Source of the DNA: Owenweeksia hongkongensis DSM 17368 | GTDB taxonomy: Bacteria > Bacteroidota > Bacteroidia > Flavobacteriales > Schleiferiaceae | Direction of reading: 5' to 3' | Assembly: GCA_945865885.1 (NCBI GenBank) | Contig: CAMBEZ010000004.1 | Coordinates: 22,337 to 86,336 of the forward strand | Length of the DNA: 64,000 bases | In this document: positions 19,349-29,523 of the stretch, one piece after another | How the letters are laid out: the number at the start of each line of letters is the position of its first letter | Position numbering within the stretch: position 1 is the first letter of the stretch | Made by a program: the position numbers and the translations under genes | Notes under the pieces: generated by a model | What the model was told of the DNA's origin: nothing | What the model saw: only the letters and a program-made list of their open reading frames with translations | Database searches by the model: none

Positions 19349-20359
19349 ATGAAAACCTCCTTTGTCTTGCTTCGGGAACCCGGTCTGCCGCTGTGGGGCG
19401 CGCCGTTGGAAACTCCCGTTGCAGGAGCGTTAGAGGGAAACGGCAGCGGTTCGCTATTTCACGTTCACCCGTTCAACGGTCTGGGTACCGTGTATGCCTT
19501 GGGCCATCGGTACGAAGGCGCAGAAGCGCTAACCCGGGCACGGGCGGCCCACCGCGAATTGCCTCCGTTGGAGGGCGGTACTTCCCACGATGAATCCTCC
19601 TACAAATTTTTGGTTCAGCGCGCCGTGGACGCCTGCCGGGACGGAGCACTGACCAAAGTGGTTACTTCCCGACGCGTGGTGCACACCCCGGAAAGCGCGT
19701 ACGACTCCGTAGATGCCTTTGTCGCCCTGTGCGAGCGGTACCCGGACGCCATGGTCTACTTGCTGTACCGCGAAGGACAAACCACGTGGATGGGCGCTTC
19801 TCCGGAATGGCTGCTGCATCGGGACGGCTCCCACCTCCGCACCATGAGTTTGGCGGGAACACGTCCTGCGGGGGCGTTGGGCCATTGGGGGGCCAAGGAA
19901 AAGGAAGAACAAGACTTGGTGACGCAAGACATTGCCTACATGCTCCGCGCTTTGGGGGCTACGGATTTAACGGTAGACGGTCCCCAGGTTCGGTCTGCAG
20001 GCCCTGTGGAGCACCTGTGTACGTGGATTGAAGGGACGTTGCCGCCGCAGGCGTCCAGTTGGTCTCTGGCGCAGTCCCTGCACCCCACGCCCGCTGTAGG
20101 TGGGTTGCCTCGCGCCCGCGCTTCCGCATTTTTGAAAGCCCACGAAGGATATCCGCGCGGTTTGTACGCCGGCTACATGGGCTGGTCTACGGGTTCAACG
20201 GCCCGATTTTATGTCAACTTGCGGTGCATGGAGGTGGGGGCACAATCCGTAGCCCTCTACGCCGGAGGCGGCATCACGGCACAGTCTGATCCGCAGCGGG
20301 AATGGGAGGAAACCGAGGCCAAACTCCAAACCCTCCGCAGCGCTATCTTCGCGCGGTGA
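19349..20359 (+). CDS. menF: Isochorismate synthase
   Basis: Chorismate-binding C-terminal pattern: HPTPAVGGLP, RGLYAGYMGW, GGGITAQSDPQREWEETE. Sits in men operon context. Confidence 0.8.
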   Translation: MKTSFVLLREPGLPLWGAPLETPVAGALEGNGSGSLFHVHPFNGLGTVYALGHRYEGAEALTRARAAHRELPPLEGGTSHDESSYKFLVQRAVDACRDGALTKVVTSRRVVHTPESAYDSVDAFVALCERYPDAMVYLLYREGQTTWMGASPEWLLHRDGSHLRTMSLAGTRPAGALGHWGAKEKEEQDLVTQDIAYMLRALGATDLTVDGPQVRSAGPVEHLCTWIEGTLPPQASSWSLAQSLHPTPAVGGLPRARASAFLKAHEGYPRGLYAGYMGWSTGSTARFYVNLRCMEVGAQSVALYAGGGITAQSDPQREWEETEAKLQTLRSAIFAR

Positions 20360-22155
20360 GCGCATTCCATCCGTCCGCCTGGGCTTTTGCCCGATTTCTT
20401 CGTACCGAAGGGGTAGACGCATGGATTTCGTCGCCCGGCTCGCGGCATGCGCCCCTGGTGGAGGCATTCCACGGCTGTGCCTTCCCGCACCATGCCGTTT
20501 TGCTGGACGAACGCGCAGCCGCTCACTTTGCGTTGGGTGCCGCGGAGGCACAGGGCAAGCCCGCAGTGGTGGTGTGCACGTCCGGCTCCGCCTCCTTGAA
20601 CTTGGCGCCCGCGGTGGTGGAAGCCTTCTACCGCGAACTTCCTTTGGTGGTCTTGACCGCAGACCGACCGTCCGCGCACATCGATCAAGGCCAGGGACAA
20701 AGCATCCGCCAGGGAAGCATCTTTGGCGACCACGTGGTGGCGCAGTTTACCTTAGAAGAAGACGATTCAAACGCCCCTCCAGAACAGCAAAAAGCGCTTT
20801 TGGAGCGCAATGCCGCGCGCTGGACGGCCGCCTGGACGGCCGCCCATCAGCACCGCGGTCCAGTGCACCTGAACGTTCCCCTGCGCGAGCCTTTGTACGG
20901 CTACAACGGTGCCCAAAACGACCCCGTTATCCCCGCTGATTTGGCGTTTCCGGAGGCGTTTGGAGGTGCACCCCGCAACAATCCCCCCGTACACCACCGG
21001 TTCCCCGGACCGCACGATGCCGACGGCTGGAACCGTGCGTGGTGGCAGGCAGAACGCCGTGCGGTGTGGGTAGGGCAGATGCCGCTTGCCGTGGGTCGGC
21101 GCTGGAACGCCATGCTCCAAGACTGGTTGCGCAACGATCCCGCTTTGGTGGTGGTGGCGGAACCGCTCAGCAACCTGGGCGATGGCCCGTGGGTTTCTTG
21201 GGAACAACACCTGGCCGCGGGCACGGCAGAGGCCCTGTTGCCGCAAGCTATTGCAACGGTGGGTGGCGCGTTGGTTTCCAAGCGTTGGAAAAACGAATTG
21301 CGGGCGGCACGGCCCTGGCACCTGCACTTGGGAGCCACCGTTCGGGTCCCGGACGTTGTGGGTCATTTGCAAGCACATTGTCCTTTGGGTCCGGAGGCCC
21401 TCGACGGTTTACGTTGGTGGGAAGATGCATCAGGAGCTTCCAGCGCGTCTGAGGCGTTCAGTGCAACCCAAAACGGCACCGAATGGGCCCGTCGGGTTCG
21501 CCAAGCGGAAGAAGCCGCGCAACGGCGCATCACCGCTTGGGAAGACCACTGCATTCAAGACGCTCGCACCGCGGGAATCCTAACCGACGCCGCTGCCGTG
21601 GCCTTGTGGATGCGCAGCCCGAATGGGGTCCAACGCCTTTCCGTAGCCAACTCGGCCTCCGTACGGTATGCCTTGCGCAGCAGTGCGGTGCACCGTTTGT
21701 TGTGGAACGCTGAGTGGCAGGCAAACCGTGGCACGGCAGGCATCGACGGCAGCAGTTCCACAGCCCTGGGCGCGGCCTGGGCAGACGGCAAGCCCACCGC
21801 CTTGCTCACCGGCGAACTCAGTTTTTTTTACGACGCCAACGCTTGGTTTCATCCCCACCTGCCCAACAACTTTGTTGCGGTCGTGCTGAACAACCGCGGC
21901 GGCGGCATTTTTCGCCTCATCGACGGTCCTTCCCAAACGGGCCGGTTGGCGGAAGATTTTGAAGCGCAACACACCCGCAGCGTGCTGCCTTGGGCGCGGG
22001 AAATGGGCTGCAAAACCCACACGGCGTCCACCGTCGAAGCATGGGAGAACCTCTTGGCGTCCGGTGTGTTGTTTTCAAACGAACACCCCGTGGTGGTGGA
22101 GCTGATTACCCACCCGGAACAATCTGAAATTCATTGGAAATCACTAGCGTTATGA
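20356..22155 (+). CDS. menD: 2-succinyl-5-enolpyruvyl-6-hydroxy-3-cyclohexene-1-carboxylate (SEPHCHC) synthase
   Basis: ThDP enzyme pattern ([37 protein letters not shown]). The GTG at 20356 overlaps the menF stop (GTGA). Confidence 0.85.
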   Translation: MSAFHPSAWAFARFLRTEGVDAWISSPGSRHAPLVEAFHGCAFPHHAVLLDERAAAHFALGAAEAQGKPAVVVCTSGSASLNLAPAVVEAFYRELPLVVLTADRPSAHIDQGQGQSIRQGSIFGDHVVAQFTLEEDDSNAPPEQQKALLERNAARWTAAWTAAHQHRGPVHLNVPLREPLYGYNGAQNDPVIPADLAFPEAFGGAPRNNPPVHHRFPGPHDADGWNRAWWQAERRAVWVGQMPLAVGRRWNAMLQDWLRNDPALVVVAEPLSNLGDGPWVSWEQHLAAGTAEALLPQAIATVGGALVSKRWKNELRAARPWHLHLGATVRVPDVVGHLQAHCPLGPEALDGLRWWEDASGASSASEAFSATQNGTEWARRVRQAEEAAQRRITAWEDHCIQDARTAGILTDAAAVALWMRSPNGVQRLSVANSASVRYALRSSAVHRLLWNAEWQANRGTAGIDGSSSTALGAAWADGKPTALLTGELSFFYDANAWFHPHLPNNFVAVVLNNRGGGIFRLIDGPSQTGRLAEDFEAQHTRSVLPWAREMGCKTHTASTVEAWENLLASGVLFSNEHPVVVELITHPEQSEIHWKSLAL

Positions 22156-22973
22156 GTCAATTTGCCTGGACCACCATCAAAGAATACAAAGACATCAAGT
22201 TTGAGTTTTTGGAAGGCATTGCCAAAATCACCATCAACCGTCCGGAAGTCTACAACGCGTTCCGTCCGGAAACCAACATCGAGATGCTGGAAGCTATGGA
22301 CATCTGCCGCGAGCGTCAGGACGTTCGCGTCATCGTGCTGACGGGCATTGGGGACAAGGCCTTCTGTTCCGGTGGGGACCAAAACGTCAAAGGTATTGGT
22401 GGATACATTGGGGAAGACGGAGTTCCGCGCCTGAACATACTGGACCTGCACAAAAGAATTCGTGAAATTCCCAAGCCCGTGGTGGCCATGGTCAACGGCT
22501 ACGCCATTGGCGGTGGGCACGTTTTGCACGTGGTGTGTGACCTCACGATCGCCTCGGAAAACGCCCGATTTGGGCAAACTGGCCCCAAGGTGGGCAGTTT
22601 TGACGCCGGATTTGGCAGTTCCTACTTAGCGCGCCACGTGGGGCAGAAGAAAGCCCGCGAAATTTGGTTTTTGTGCAACCAGTATACCGCCGCGGAAGCG
22701 GAAGCCATGGGCATGGTGAACAAAGTTGTTCCCTTGGCGGAATTAGAAGCCACCACGGTAGACTGGTGCCGCACCATGATGAAGCGCTCGCCCATGGCTT
22801 TGCGCATGATCAAGCGGGGCTTGAATGCGGAACTGGACGGTCAACGTGGATTGATGGAGTTGGCCGGCGATGCCACCCTAATGTTTTACTTGATGGAGGA
22901 AGCGCAAGAGGGCAAGAACGCGTTTTTGGAAAAGCGCGATCCCGACTTCAGTAAATTTCCGCAATTTCCCTGA
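22152..22973 (+). CDS. menB: 1,4-dihydroxy-2-naphthoyl-CoA synthase
   Basis: Crotonase fold: [50 protein letters not shown] overlap with menD. Confidence 0.95.
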   Translation: MSQFAWTTIKEYKDIKFEFLEGIAKITINRPEVYNAFRPETNIEMLEAMDICRERQDVRVIVLTGIGDKAFCSGGDQNVKGIGGYIGEDGVPRLNILDLHKRIREIPKPVVAMVNGYAIGGGHVLHVVCDLTIASENARFGQTGPKVGSFDAGFGSSYLARHVGQKKAREIWFLCNQYTAAEAEAMGMVNKVVPLAELEATTVDWCRTMMKRSPMALRMIKRGLNAELDGQRGLMELAGDATLMFYLMEEAQEGKNAFLEKRDPDFSKFPQFP

Positions 22974-22975
22974 GC

Positions 22976-23911
22976 GTGGCTGCGCCGTTGGAATGGATCC
23001 AAGCAGCCCGCCTGCGCACCTTGCCGTTGGCCTTGGCCTGCATTGCCTTGGGAACCGCATTGGCGGCGGACGCCGGTTTTTTTGACTTGAAACGTTTGGC
23101 GTTGGCCGTACTCACCACCCTCCTGTACCAGGTCCTGAGCAACTACGCCAACGACTACTACGATTGGAAAAAAGGTACCGACGCACACCGAACCCACGAG
23201 CAAGCGGGTGAGCTCCGCGCCGTAGCCTCTGGGCGCATTGCGCCGGAGCAGATGCTGCTGGCCGTTCGGCTGGTGGCGGTTCTGGCATTACTCGTTGGGG
23301 GATTGCTGGTTTGGACGTCTTTTGACGGGTCGCTGCGTTGGGTGTTTTTCGCGCTGCATGGGGCCGCTGTTTGGAGCGCCGTCAACTACGTGGGCGGTAC
23401 CGCCACCTACGGATACCGCGGATGGGGTGATTTTTTCGTGCTCTTTTTCTTTGGATTGGTGGGTGTGGAAGGCAGTTTCATGGTGCAAACCGGTCAATTC
23501 AGCCCGTGGATCATTTTGCCCGGACTCTCCGTGGGCTTGCTGGCCACCGGGGTGTTGAACCTGAACAATTTGCGCGATCTGGAGACCGACCGGGCCGCCG
23601 GTAAAATCACCGTGGCCGCTCGCTTGGGCGCGCGCGGTGCGCGCTGGTACCAAACCTTCCTGGTGGTGGGTGCTGTGGCGTCCACCTTGTTCTTTGTGTT
23701 GCGCGGACTCCCCACCTGCAGCCGTTCCTACCTGTTTTTGGCCGTGGTTCCGCTGCTGTACGAATCCGTAGCCGCCACGTGGAAAGCGCAAGACCGCGCC
23801 GCGTTGGACAAACTGCTCAAGCCCTTGGCCTTGGCCACGTTTTTATTTGCCTTGGCCCTGGGAATCGGATTGTTGCTAGATACCGATGCGTGCAGCAAAC
23901 CCCTGTTTTGA
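22976..23911 (+). CDS. menA: 1,4-dihydroxy-2-naphthoate polyprenyltransferase
   Basis: UbiA-family membrane protein: NDYYDWKKGTD, LNNLRDLETDRAAGK. GTG start 2 nt after the menB stop. Confidence 0.85.
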   Translation: MAAPLEWIQAARLRTLPLALACIALGTALAADAGFFDLKRLALAVLTTLLYQVLSNYANDYYDWKKGTDAHRTHEQAGELRAVASGRIAPEQMLLAVRLVAVLALLVGGLLVWTSFDGSLRWVFFALHGAAVWSAVNYVGGTATYGYRGWGDFFVLFFFGLVGVEGSFMVQTGQFSPWIILPGLSVGLLATGVLNLNNLRDLETDRAAGKITVAARLGARGARWYQTFLVVGAVASTLFFVLRGLPTCSRSYLFLAVVPLLYESVAATWKAQDRAALDKLLKPLALATFLFALALGIGLLLDTDACSKPLF

Positions 23912-26175
23912 TGCGGGTACACCACTGGCCCTATACCTTCTTGTTTGCGCAGCCGGCAGGGACCTCCCGCGGCGTGCTGCGCCAAAAAGAAGCCCATTTT
24001 TTGGAGGTTCGCGGCGAGCACCGGGGCGTGCCTTTTCGCGGAATTGGCGAGTGCGGCCTGCTGCGCGGCCTTTCGTTCGACGACCGCCCGGACTACGTTG
24101 ACCGGCTGGAGGAGCTGGTGCACCAAATGAACGTCTGGTCACCAGAGCTATGGGACGTCGTGTGGGCGAACGAGGGACGCGTGCCCGATGCTTTTTACGA
24201 ACAATGGTCCCGGTGGCCGTCGCTTCAGTTTGCGGTGGAGCAAGCCTTGCGCAGTGCCTTCCGTAACCGAACCGGGCACCATGCGTCCGACCTGTGGGAC
24301 ACCCCCTGGACGCGTGCGGACTGTGGAATTCCCACCAACGGACTCGTATGGATGGGCTCCAGCTGCGCCATGAGCGAGGCACTGGACGACAAGCTGCGCG
24401 TGGGCTACGCCTGCGTCAAAATGAAAATTGGGGCCTTGGCGTGGGAAGAAGAGCGCGCCCTGCTGCAGGAATTTAGGCAAACAGCACAAGGTCAAAACGT
24501 GGAACTTCGGGTAGACGCCAACGGTGCTTTTGGAGAACACAACGTGGAAGAGGTATTGCGTACTTTGGCAGACCTCCGCGTGCATTCCATTGAGCAACCC
24601 TTGCCGGCAAGCAATCGCGCCGGTTTGGCCTACTGGAGCCAGCACTCTCCCGTGCCGGTGGCTTTAGACGAAAGCCTTATTGGTTTGGTGACCCCGGAGG
24701 AGCGCAACAACTTGTTGGACGAGGTTCGCTCGCCCTATGTGGTTTTGAAGCCCAGTTTTGTGGGCGGATGGCGCGGAACCCAAGACTGGATTGAGCGCGC
24801 AGAGGCGCGGGGCATGGGGTGGTGGATCACCAGCGCCTTGGAGGGGAGTATTGGACTCAATGCAGTGGCCCAAGATGTGGCGCGCCGTGCGCCTTTGGCG
24901 CGCGCCCAAGGACTGGGAACCGGTGGATTGTACACCAACAACCTGCCCCCGTGGACCGAGTTGCGCGGCGAACAGCTCCACTACATCGCGCCGTATCCGG
25001 CCGAGGTGGGCAGCGGCCCGTGGCCGGAAAACCTGCGCCTCCACCCGCGAACAGACCCCCAACTGATCCAAGAAACCCAAGCCCTGATGCGCGCTTGGTT
25101 TGGACCGTCGGACCATTTAGAGTTTACCACCAGCGGCAGCACAGGAACCCCAAAAACCATTCGACTGGCCAAAAAATTACTGGTTGCCAGCGCCCGTGCC
25201 ACCTTGGACACCCTGAACTTGGCCCCGGGCTACACCAGTTTACTGGCGCTGTCGCCCACCCGAATTGGGGGCGCCATGGTCCTCATCCGCGCCCTGGTGG
25301 GGCAGGGGACGGTGGACCTCGCCTCCGTTCAGCGCAATCCGTTGGTAGGTTGGGACGCTCCCGATGCTCCCTGGGATTTTTGCTCCTTGGTGCCCCAGCA
25401 AGCACTGGCATTGGCGGAATCCGAAGCGGTGCACACCGGTGCTGAAAACTACCCGGCACGGTTCAAAACCCTTCTTTTGGGCGGTGCCCATTGCACCCCG
25501 GCCGACGCCCGCCGCATCGCGCCCCTGGCGCAACAAACCTACTTGGGGTTTGGGATGACGGAAACGGCCTCCCACGTGGCCTTGGCGAAACTCCAACCGG
25601 ACAACCCCCACTGCTGCACCGCAGACGGACGCTGGATCTACACCGCCGTGCGCGGGGTTACCCTCGTCTGGTCGCAACCGTCAACCATAAACACCCCATT
25701 GGCGCCCGTGCCCTTGACCTTTGCAGCTCCTCATCTGGGCTTGGAAGCACCGTTGGAGACTACGGATGCGGTCCTACCCCACGGAACGGGCTTCGTTTGG
25801 TGCGGTCGGCTCGACGGCTCCCTGAACAGCGCCGGAGTGAAGATTTTCCCCGAACAAGTGGAGCTTTGGGTGGGGCAGCGCCTCCCAAACCTGGCGGGCC
25901 GTTGCTTCCTGACCGCGGTTGCGGATCCCCACTGGGGCGATCGGCTGGTTTGGCTTTCCGAACCGTTGACGGCCCACGAGCAGACCGAGCTCCACAACGC
26001 CTGGCGCGAACTCCGTCAGGATCGCCCGCATTGGGTCCCCAAATCCACCGGCGAACGGGCGGACTGGCCCTGGGCCGCCCAGGGCAAAATAGACCGCGCC
26101 GCCCTGCGGCGCGGGGCCGAACACGCCTCCGCTTCCGGCCTATTGAACCCGTTGGAGCTCCCGTCCAACGATTGA
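23911..26175 (+). CDS. menC/menE: Fused o-succinylbenzoate synthase (enolase superfamily) and o-succinylbenzoate-CoA ligase (AMP-binding)
   Basis: N-terminal half: CVKMKIG, RVDANGAF, IEQPL, ALDESL. C-terminal half: TSGSTGTPK (nt 25127-25153), GFGMTET, GKIDR. Single open frame; the ATG overlaps the menA stop (TGATG). Confidence 0.8.
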   Translation: MRVHHWPYTFLFAQPAGTSRGVLRQKEAHFLEVRGEHRGVPFRGIGECGLLRGLSFDDRPDYVDRLEELVHQMNVWSPELWDVVWANEGRVPDAFYEQWSRWPSLQFAVEQALRSAFRNRTGHHASDLWDTPWTRADCGIPTNGLVWMGSSCAMSEALDDKLRVGYACVKMKIGALAWEEERALLQEFRQTAQGQNVELRVDANGAFGEHNVEEVLRTLADLRVHSIEQPLPASNRAGLAYWSQHSPVPVALDESLIGLVTPEERNNLLDEVRSPYVVLKPSFVGGWRGTQDWIERAEARGMGWWITSALEGSIGLNAVAQDVARRAPLARAQGLGTGGLYTNNLPPWTELRGEQLHYIAPYPAEVGSGPWPENLRLHPRTDPQLIQETQALMRAWFGPSDHLEFTTSGSTGTPKTIRLAKKLLVASARATLDTLNLAPGYTSLLALSPTRIGGAMVLIRALVGQGTVDLASVQRNPLVGWDAPDAPWDFCSLVPQQALALAESEAVHTGAENYPARFKTLLLGGAHCTPADARRIAPLAQQTYLGFGMTETASHVALAKLQPDNPHCCTADGRWIYTAVRGVTLVWSQPSTINTPLAPVPLTFAAPHLGLEAPLETTDAVLPHGTGFVWCGRLDGSLNSAGVKIFPEQVELWVGQRLPNLAGRCFLTAVADPHWGDRLVWLSEPLTAHEQTELHNAWRELRQDRPHWVPKSTGERADWPWAAQGKIDRAALRRGAEHASASGLLNPLELPSND

Positions 26176-26195
26176 ATCGCCGCGCGCGCACCAAC

Positions 26196-26228
26196 AAAAA
26201 GGGCCGCCCCAACGGGGCGGCCCTTTTT
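26196..26228. terminator. Bidirectional rho-independent terminator
   Basis: AAAAA-GGGCCGCCCC-AAC-GGGGCGGCCC-TTTTT lies between the convergent menC/E and fsa genes. Confidence 0.8.
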
Positions 26229-26250
26229 ATGGAAACCGGGTGAAAAACGC

Positions 26251-26913
26251 TTACTTGCCGCCGTTTGCCTTGGCGTGGTCGGCCAAAAACTGCGCCAAGC
26301 CGCTGTCCGTCAACGGGTGCTTCAAAAGGGACAACATGGCGCTGAACGGGCCCGTCATAACGTCCGCACCGATCTCCGCGCAGTTGATGATGTGCATGGC
26401 GTGGCGTACCGACGCGGCCAAAATTTGGGTTTCGTAGCCGTAGTTGTCGTAGATGTGGCGAATTTTAGAAATCAATTCCAAACCGTCGGAAGAAATATCG
26501 TCCAAACGACCCACAAAGGGGCTCACGTACGTGGCGCCCGCCTTCGCCGCCAACAACGCCTGACCGGGAGAGAATACCAACGTCATGTTGGTTTTGATGC
26601 CTTGTGCGGAAAAGTACGCGCAGGCCTTGATGCCGTCCTTGATCATGGGGATTTTCACCACAATCTTCTCGTCCAACTGCGCCAGAAGCTCGCCCTCGCG
26701 CACCATGCCGTCAAAATCCGTGCTGATCACCTCCGCACTCACGTCTCCGTCCACCAAATCGCAAATGGCCTTGTAGTGCTTCATCACGTTGTCGTGACCG
26801 GCGATTCCTTCTTTCGCCATGAGCGAAGGGTTGGTGGTAACGCCGTCCAGAATGCCGAGGTCGTGTGCTTCGCGGATGTCGTCTAGATTGGCGGTGTCGA
26901 TGAAAAATTTCAT
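26251..26913 (-). CDS. fsa: Fructose-6-phosphate aldolase / type 3B transaldolase
   Basis: [31 protein letters not shown]...KIPM...[12 protein letters not shown] at 26913. Confidence 0.9.
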   Translation of the reverse strand: MKFFIDTANLDDIREAHDLGILDGVTTNPSLMAKEGIAGHDNVMKHYKAICDLVDGDVSAEVISTDFDGMVREGELLAQLDEKIVVKIPMIKDGIKACAYFSAQGIKTNMTLVFSPGQALLAAKAGATYVSPFVGRLDDISSDGLELISKIRHIYDNYGYETQILAASVRHAMHIINCAEIGADVMTGPFSAMLSLLKHPLTDSGLAQFLADHAKANGGK

Positions 26914-27180
26914 GGGGCAATGGGGGTTTTTACAGCGCCGCGCCATGCGGCTGTGCAAAGGTACTTTTTTAATTTAACCCGACGGTTCCTTTGAGAAGGC
27001 CACCTTTAGCGCAGGAAGGCCATCGTTTGCGCCCCAATCGGGCGGCCGTACTGCCCTCGAAACTTTAGGGCACAAAAAAAGGCAAGAACCACCACACCGC
27101 TACAACCCACTGCCTTTGCTGCGTTTCCGCCCTGGAGGATTCATGAGGAGCTGGTAGATGGCCTTGCCCGGTGCAAAGAT

Positions 27181-28866
27181 ATGGGTTACTTTCGTTCTGT
27201 GAAAAACAAACGTTTATTGACTCCCTCCGCAAAAAGCGGACGCCGCCCCGATTTGTCGGCCTTTCGCCGCACCTTGTTCGCAGGAGCGGTTGCGGCAGTA
27301 GGTCTTTTTGGCATCCAATCCGTTTGCGCTCAATCCATTCCGGGTACCGGTACCTTGGGACCTGCCAACTGGGTGGTGCTGGAGAACCAGCCGGATTCGG
27401 TTCCCGTGTACTACGTCAACCGCTCGGCGGTGCCGGTGGTTTTGGGCCAGCCGCGTCGGTTTCCCTTCTACGGAGACACGGTGGTGCGGGTCTACGTGCC
27501 GCAAACGGCCGTAGCTCCGGGCGACAGTGCGCCCATTTGGGTAGCGGCGCATACGGTGCACAACCTAATCAACCGCACGCCCATTTTCATCCCCACGAAT
27601 CATCCGTCGGGCCCGGTGGTTTTGAACGCCGTGTACCAAGGACGCTACAGCAAGGCCTACTACAACGCCACGGAAAACCTGGAGGAGGGACCCCTGCGCA
27701 CCGCGCTGAAGAATAGTACCACGGCCAATGCCCTTTCTTTGGGCTACAACACCGCGCGGGACCACATGTACGGCACCATAGACAACGTGGCCGGTCAGGT
27801 GGAATGCATTTACACCGGGCGGATCGCTACGTTCAATACCCGTGCCGGAGCGGTGACCAACAACTTCAACTGCGAGCACACCTTTCCGCAGAGCTTTTTC
27901 AGTTCCGCCAACCCCATGCAGTCAGACATTCACCACTTGTTCCCCACGGATGAGTCTGCCAACACCTACCGCAGCAACTTGCCGTTTGGGGTGGTCACCG
28001 GAACACCTACCTGGCAAGTAGGCGGCAGCAAAAAGGGCAACGGCGTTTTTGAACCGCGCGACGCCCACAAGGGCAATGCCGCGCGTGCCCTCCTATTCTT
28101 TGTGGTGCGCCACCAAGACTACGCCAATTTTGTGGCTCCGCAGGAAGCCGTGCTGCGCCAATGGCACGAGCAGTTTCCGCCCATTGCCAAGGACCAAGCC
28201 CGCAACAACGCCATTTATTCGCTTCAAGGCAACCGTAATCCGTTTGTGGACTACCCGCAATTCAACGACCGCATCACCAACCTGATCGGTACCACGTACA
28301 AAACCTTGGTGTTGAGCGCGGCCGTTACGGAAGATACCCTGCAGTTGGAATTTTCGCCCACCAACAGCTCCGTGCGGTACCGTCGGTTTGCGGTGGCCAA
28401 CACCGGCAATACGGTGTTTACCGTGCTGGGATGGAGCCTGAGCCACAGCGCCTTATCCTTCGCCAAAGGAGGCAGCCCCGGCGCCTTGCAGCCGGGTGAA
28501 TTAGCGGAAGTAGTGGTGGCGTACCCCGCTGGAGTGGATTTTTCCGGCGAAGATTTGACCGTCCTCACCAATGAGCCGGCCGTGGGCAACTTGGAAATTC
28601 CCATCCGCGGACGTTTGGCGGTGGGGCAGTCCGAGCAACTCAAAAGCCAAATAGGCTGGTACGTAAACCAACGCCGGCTCACCGTAACCCAATTGCAGCC
28701 CGGAACCGCCGTGCGCGTATACAACGTCTTGGGGCAGCAGGTGGCCGCCGGAACCGTGCGCGCAGACGCACAAGAAGCTTCCTGGACCAGCGCTCCTTTG
28801 CCCTCTGGGCTGTACACGGTGCAAGCAACCGGCTGGAGCGGTAGCGTGAAGGTGGTTGTTCCGTAG
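27181..28866 (+). CDS. Secreted endonuclease I family nuclease with T9SS C-terminal sorting domain
   Basis: NCEHTFPQSFF, HHLFPTD, FEPRDAHKGNAARALLFF and GNRNPFVDYP are endonuclease I motifs. There is a signal peptide, and the C-terminus ends in a Por-type tail (GLYTVQATGWSGSVKVVVP). Confidence 0.8.
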   Translation: MGYFRSVKNKRLLTPSAKSGRRPDLSAFRRTLFAGAVAAVGLFGIQSVCAQSIPGTGTLGPANWVVLENQPDSVPVYYVNRSAVPVVLGQPRRFPFYGDTVVRVYVPQTAVAPGDSAPIWVAAHTVHNLINRTPIFIPTNHPSGPVVLNAVYQGRYSKAYYNATENLEEGPLRTALKNSTTANALSLGYNTARDHMYGTIDNVAGQVECIYTGRIATFNTRAGAVTNNFNCEHTFPQSFFSSANPMQSDIHHLFPTDESANTYRSNLPFGVVTGTPTWQVGGSKKGNGVFEPRDAHKGNAARALLFFVVRHQDYANFVAPQEAVLRQWHEQFPPIAKDQARNNAIYSLQGNRNPFVDYPQFNDRITNLIGTTYKTLVLSAAVTEDTLQLEFSPTNSSVRYRRFAVANTGNTVFTVLGWSLSHSALSFAKGGSPGALQPGELAEVVVAYPAGVDFSGEDLTVLTNEPAVGNLEIPIRGRLAVGQSEQLKSQIGWYVNQRRLTVTQLQPGTAVRVYNVLGQQVAAGTVRADAQEASWTSAPLPSGLYTVQATGWSGSVKVVVP

Positions 28867-28956
28867 GGAGCAAACCGATAAATTTTCGGAAATCGGGCAT
28901 TAGAAAAGAAATAATATCAGCTTAAAGCATCAAAAACAGAAAAAACACCCACAAAA

Positions 28957-29523
28957 ATGGAAAACAACGGAATGAACGGGCCTAAAAAAGCCTTCACCCA
29001 ATGGGGTTTGCCTTTGGGACTGCTGAACGCCGCTATTTACGGTCTGGTTTATGCGCTCAACACCCAATTGTTGGTGAGCATGTGGTTGGGATTGGGCCTG
29101 ATTGCCCTAAACGGGGGTGTTTTCATTTGGGCCCTGGTACAAACGCGCAAATCGTTGGGCGGCTACGCGGAATTCCGCGATTTGTGGGGCGTTTGGTTGG
29201 GCGCTGCGCTGGGCTTGGTTTTGGTTACGACGGCCTTCAATGCGCTGCTGTACAAGGTCATTGACCCCACGCTGAGCGAGCAGGTTCAGGTCATGGCCCA
29301 AGAAAAAGCCGTAGAGATGATGGAGTCCATGGGCGCCCCTCAGGAAGATGTAGACAAGGCCTTGGCACGCATGGAGCAGCAAAAAGGGGAGGATCCGTTC
29401 AGCCCCTTGCGTTTGCTGATGTCCTTCTTTGGTTCTTTGTTGGTGCATGTGTTGTTGGGGGCGATCTTTGCCGCCATCTTCAAAAAGAATAAGCCCCTGT
29501 TTGCCCCGTCGGATGAAGCTTGA
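28957..29523 (+). CDS. DUF4199-like membrane protein
   Basis: Four hydrophobic helices with a central amphipathic segment. The composition is typical of the Bacteroidota DUF4199 family. Confidence 0.65.
   Translation: MENNGMNGPKKAFTQWGLPLGLLNAAIYGLVYALNTQLLVSMWLGLGLIALNGGVFIWALVQTRKSLGGYAEFRDLWGVWLGAALGLVLVTTAFNALLYKVIDPTLSEQVQVMAQEKAVEMMESMGAPQEDVDKALARMEQQKGEDPFSPLRLLMSFFGSLLVHVLLGAIFAAIFKKNKPLFAPSDEA

Noticed and set aside
20302-20355. Longer 5' extensions offered by the ORF track for menD (20302), menB (22134), menC/E (23779), GT2 (29429), fsa (26958), SDR (45813), DUF5916 (46114), TBDR (49341), DUF4249 (51358), the hypothetical (56063), ilvE (2651) and the epimerase (1594).
   Set aside because: The extensions overlap the preceding gene or a divergent gene and lack conserved sequence. 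Internal starts give canonical N-termini or signal peptides, and often show stop/start coupling (ATGA, GTGA, TGATG).
26914-27180. 267-nt intergenic region upstream of the nuclease gene as a possible ncRNA or riboswitch.
   Set aside because: I could not recognise any known riboswitch, SRP, 6S or RNase P signature. I found only weak 4-bp hairpins and have no support beyond the region's length.
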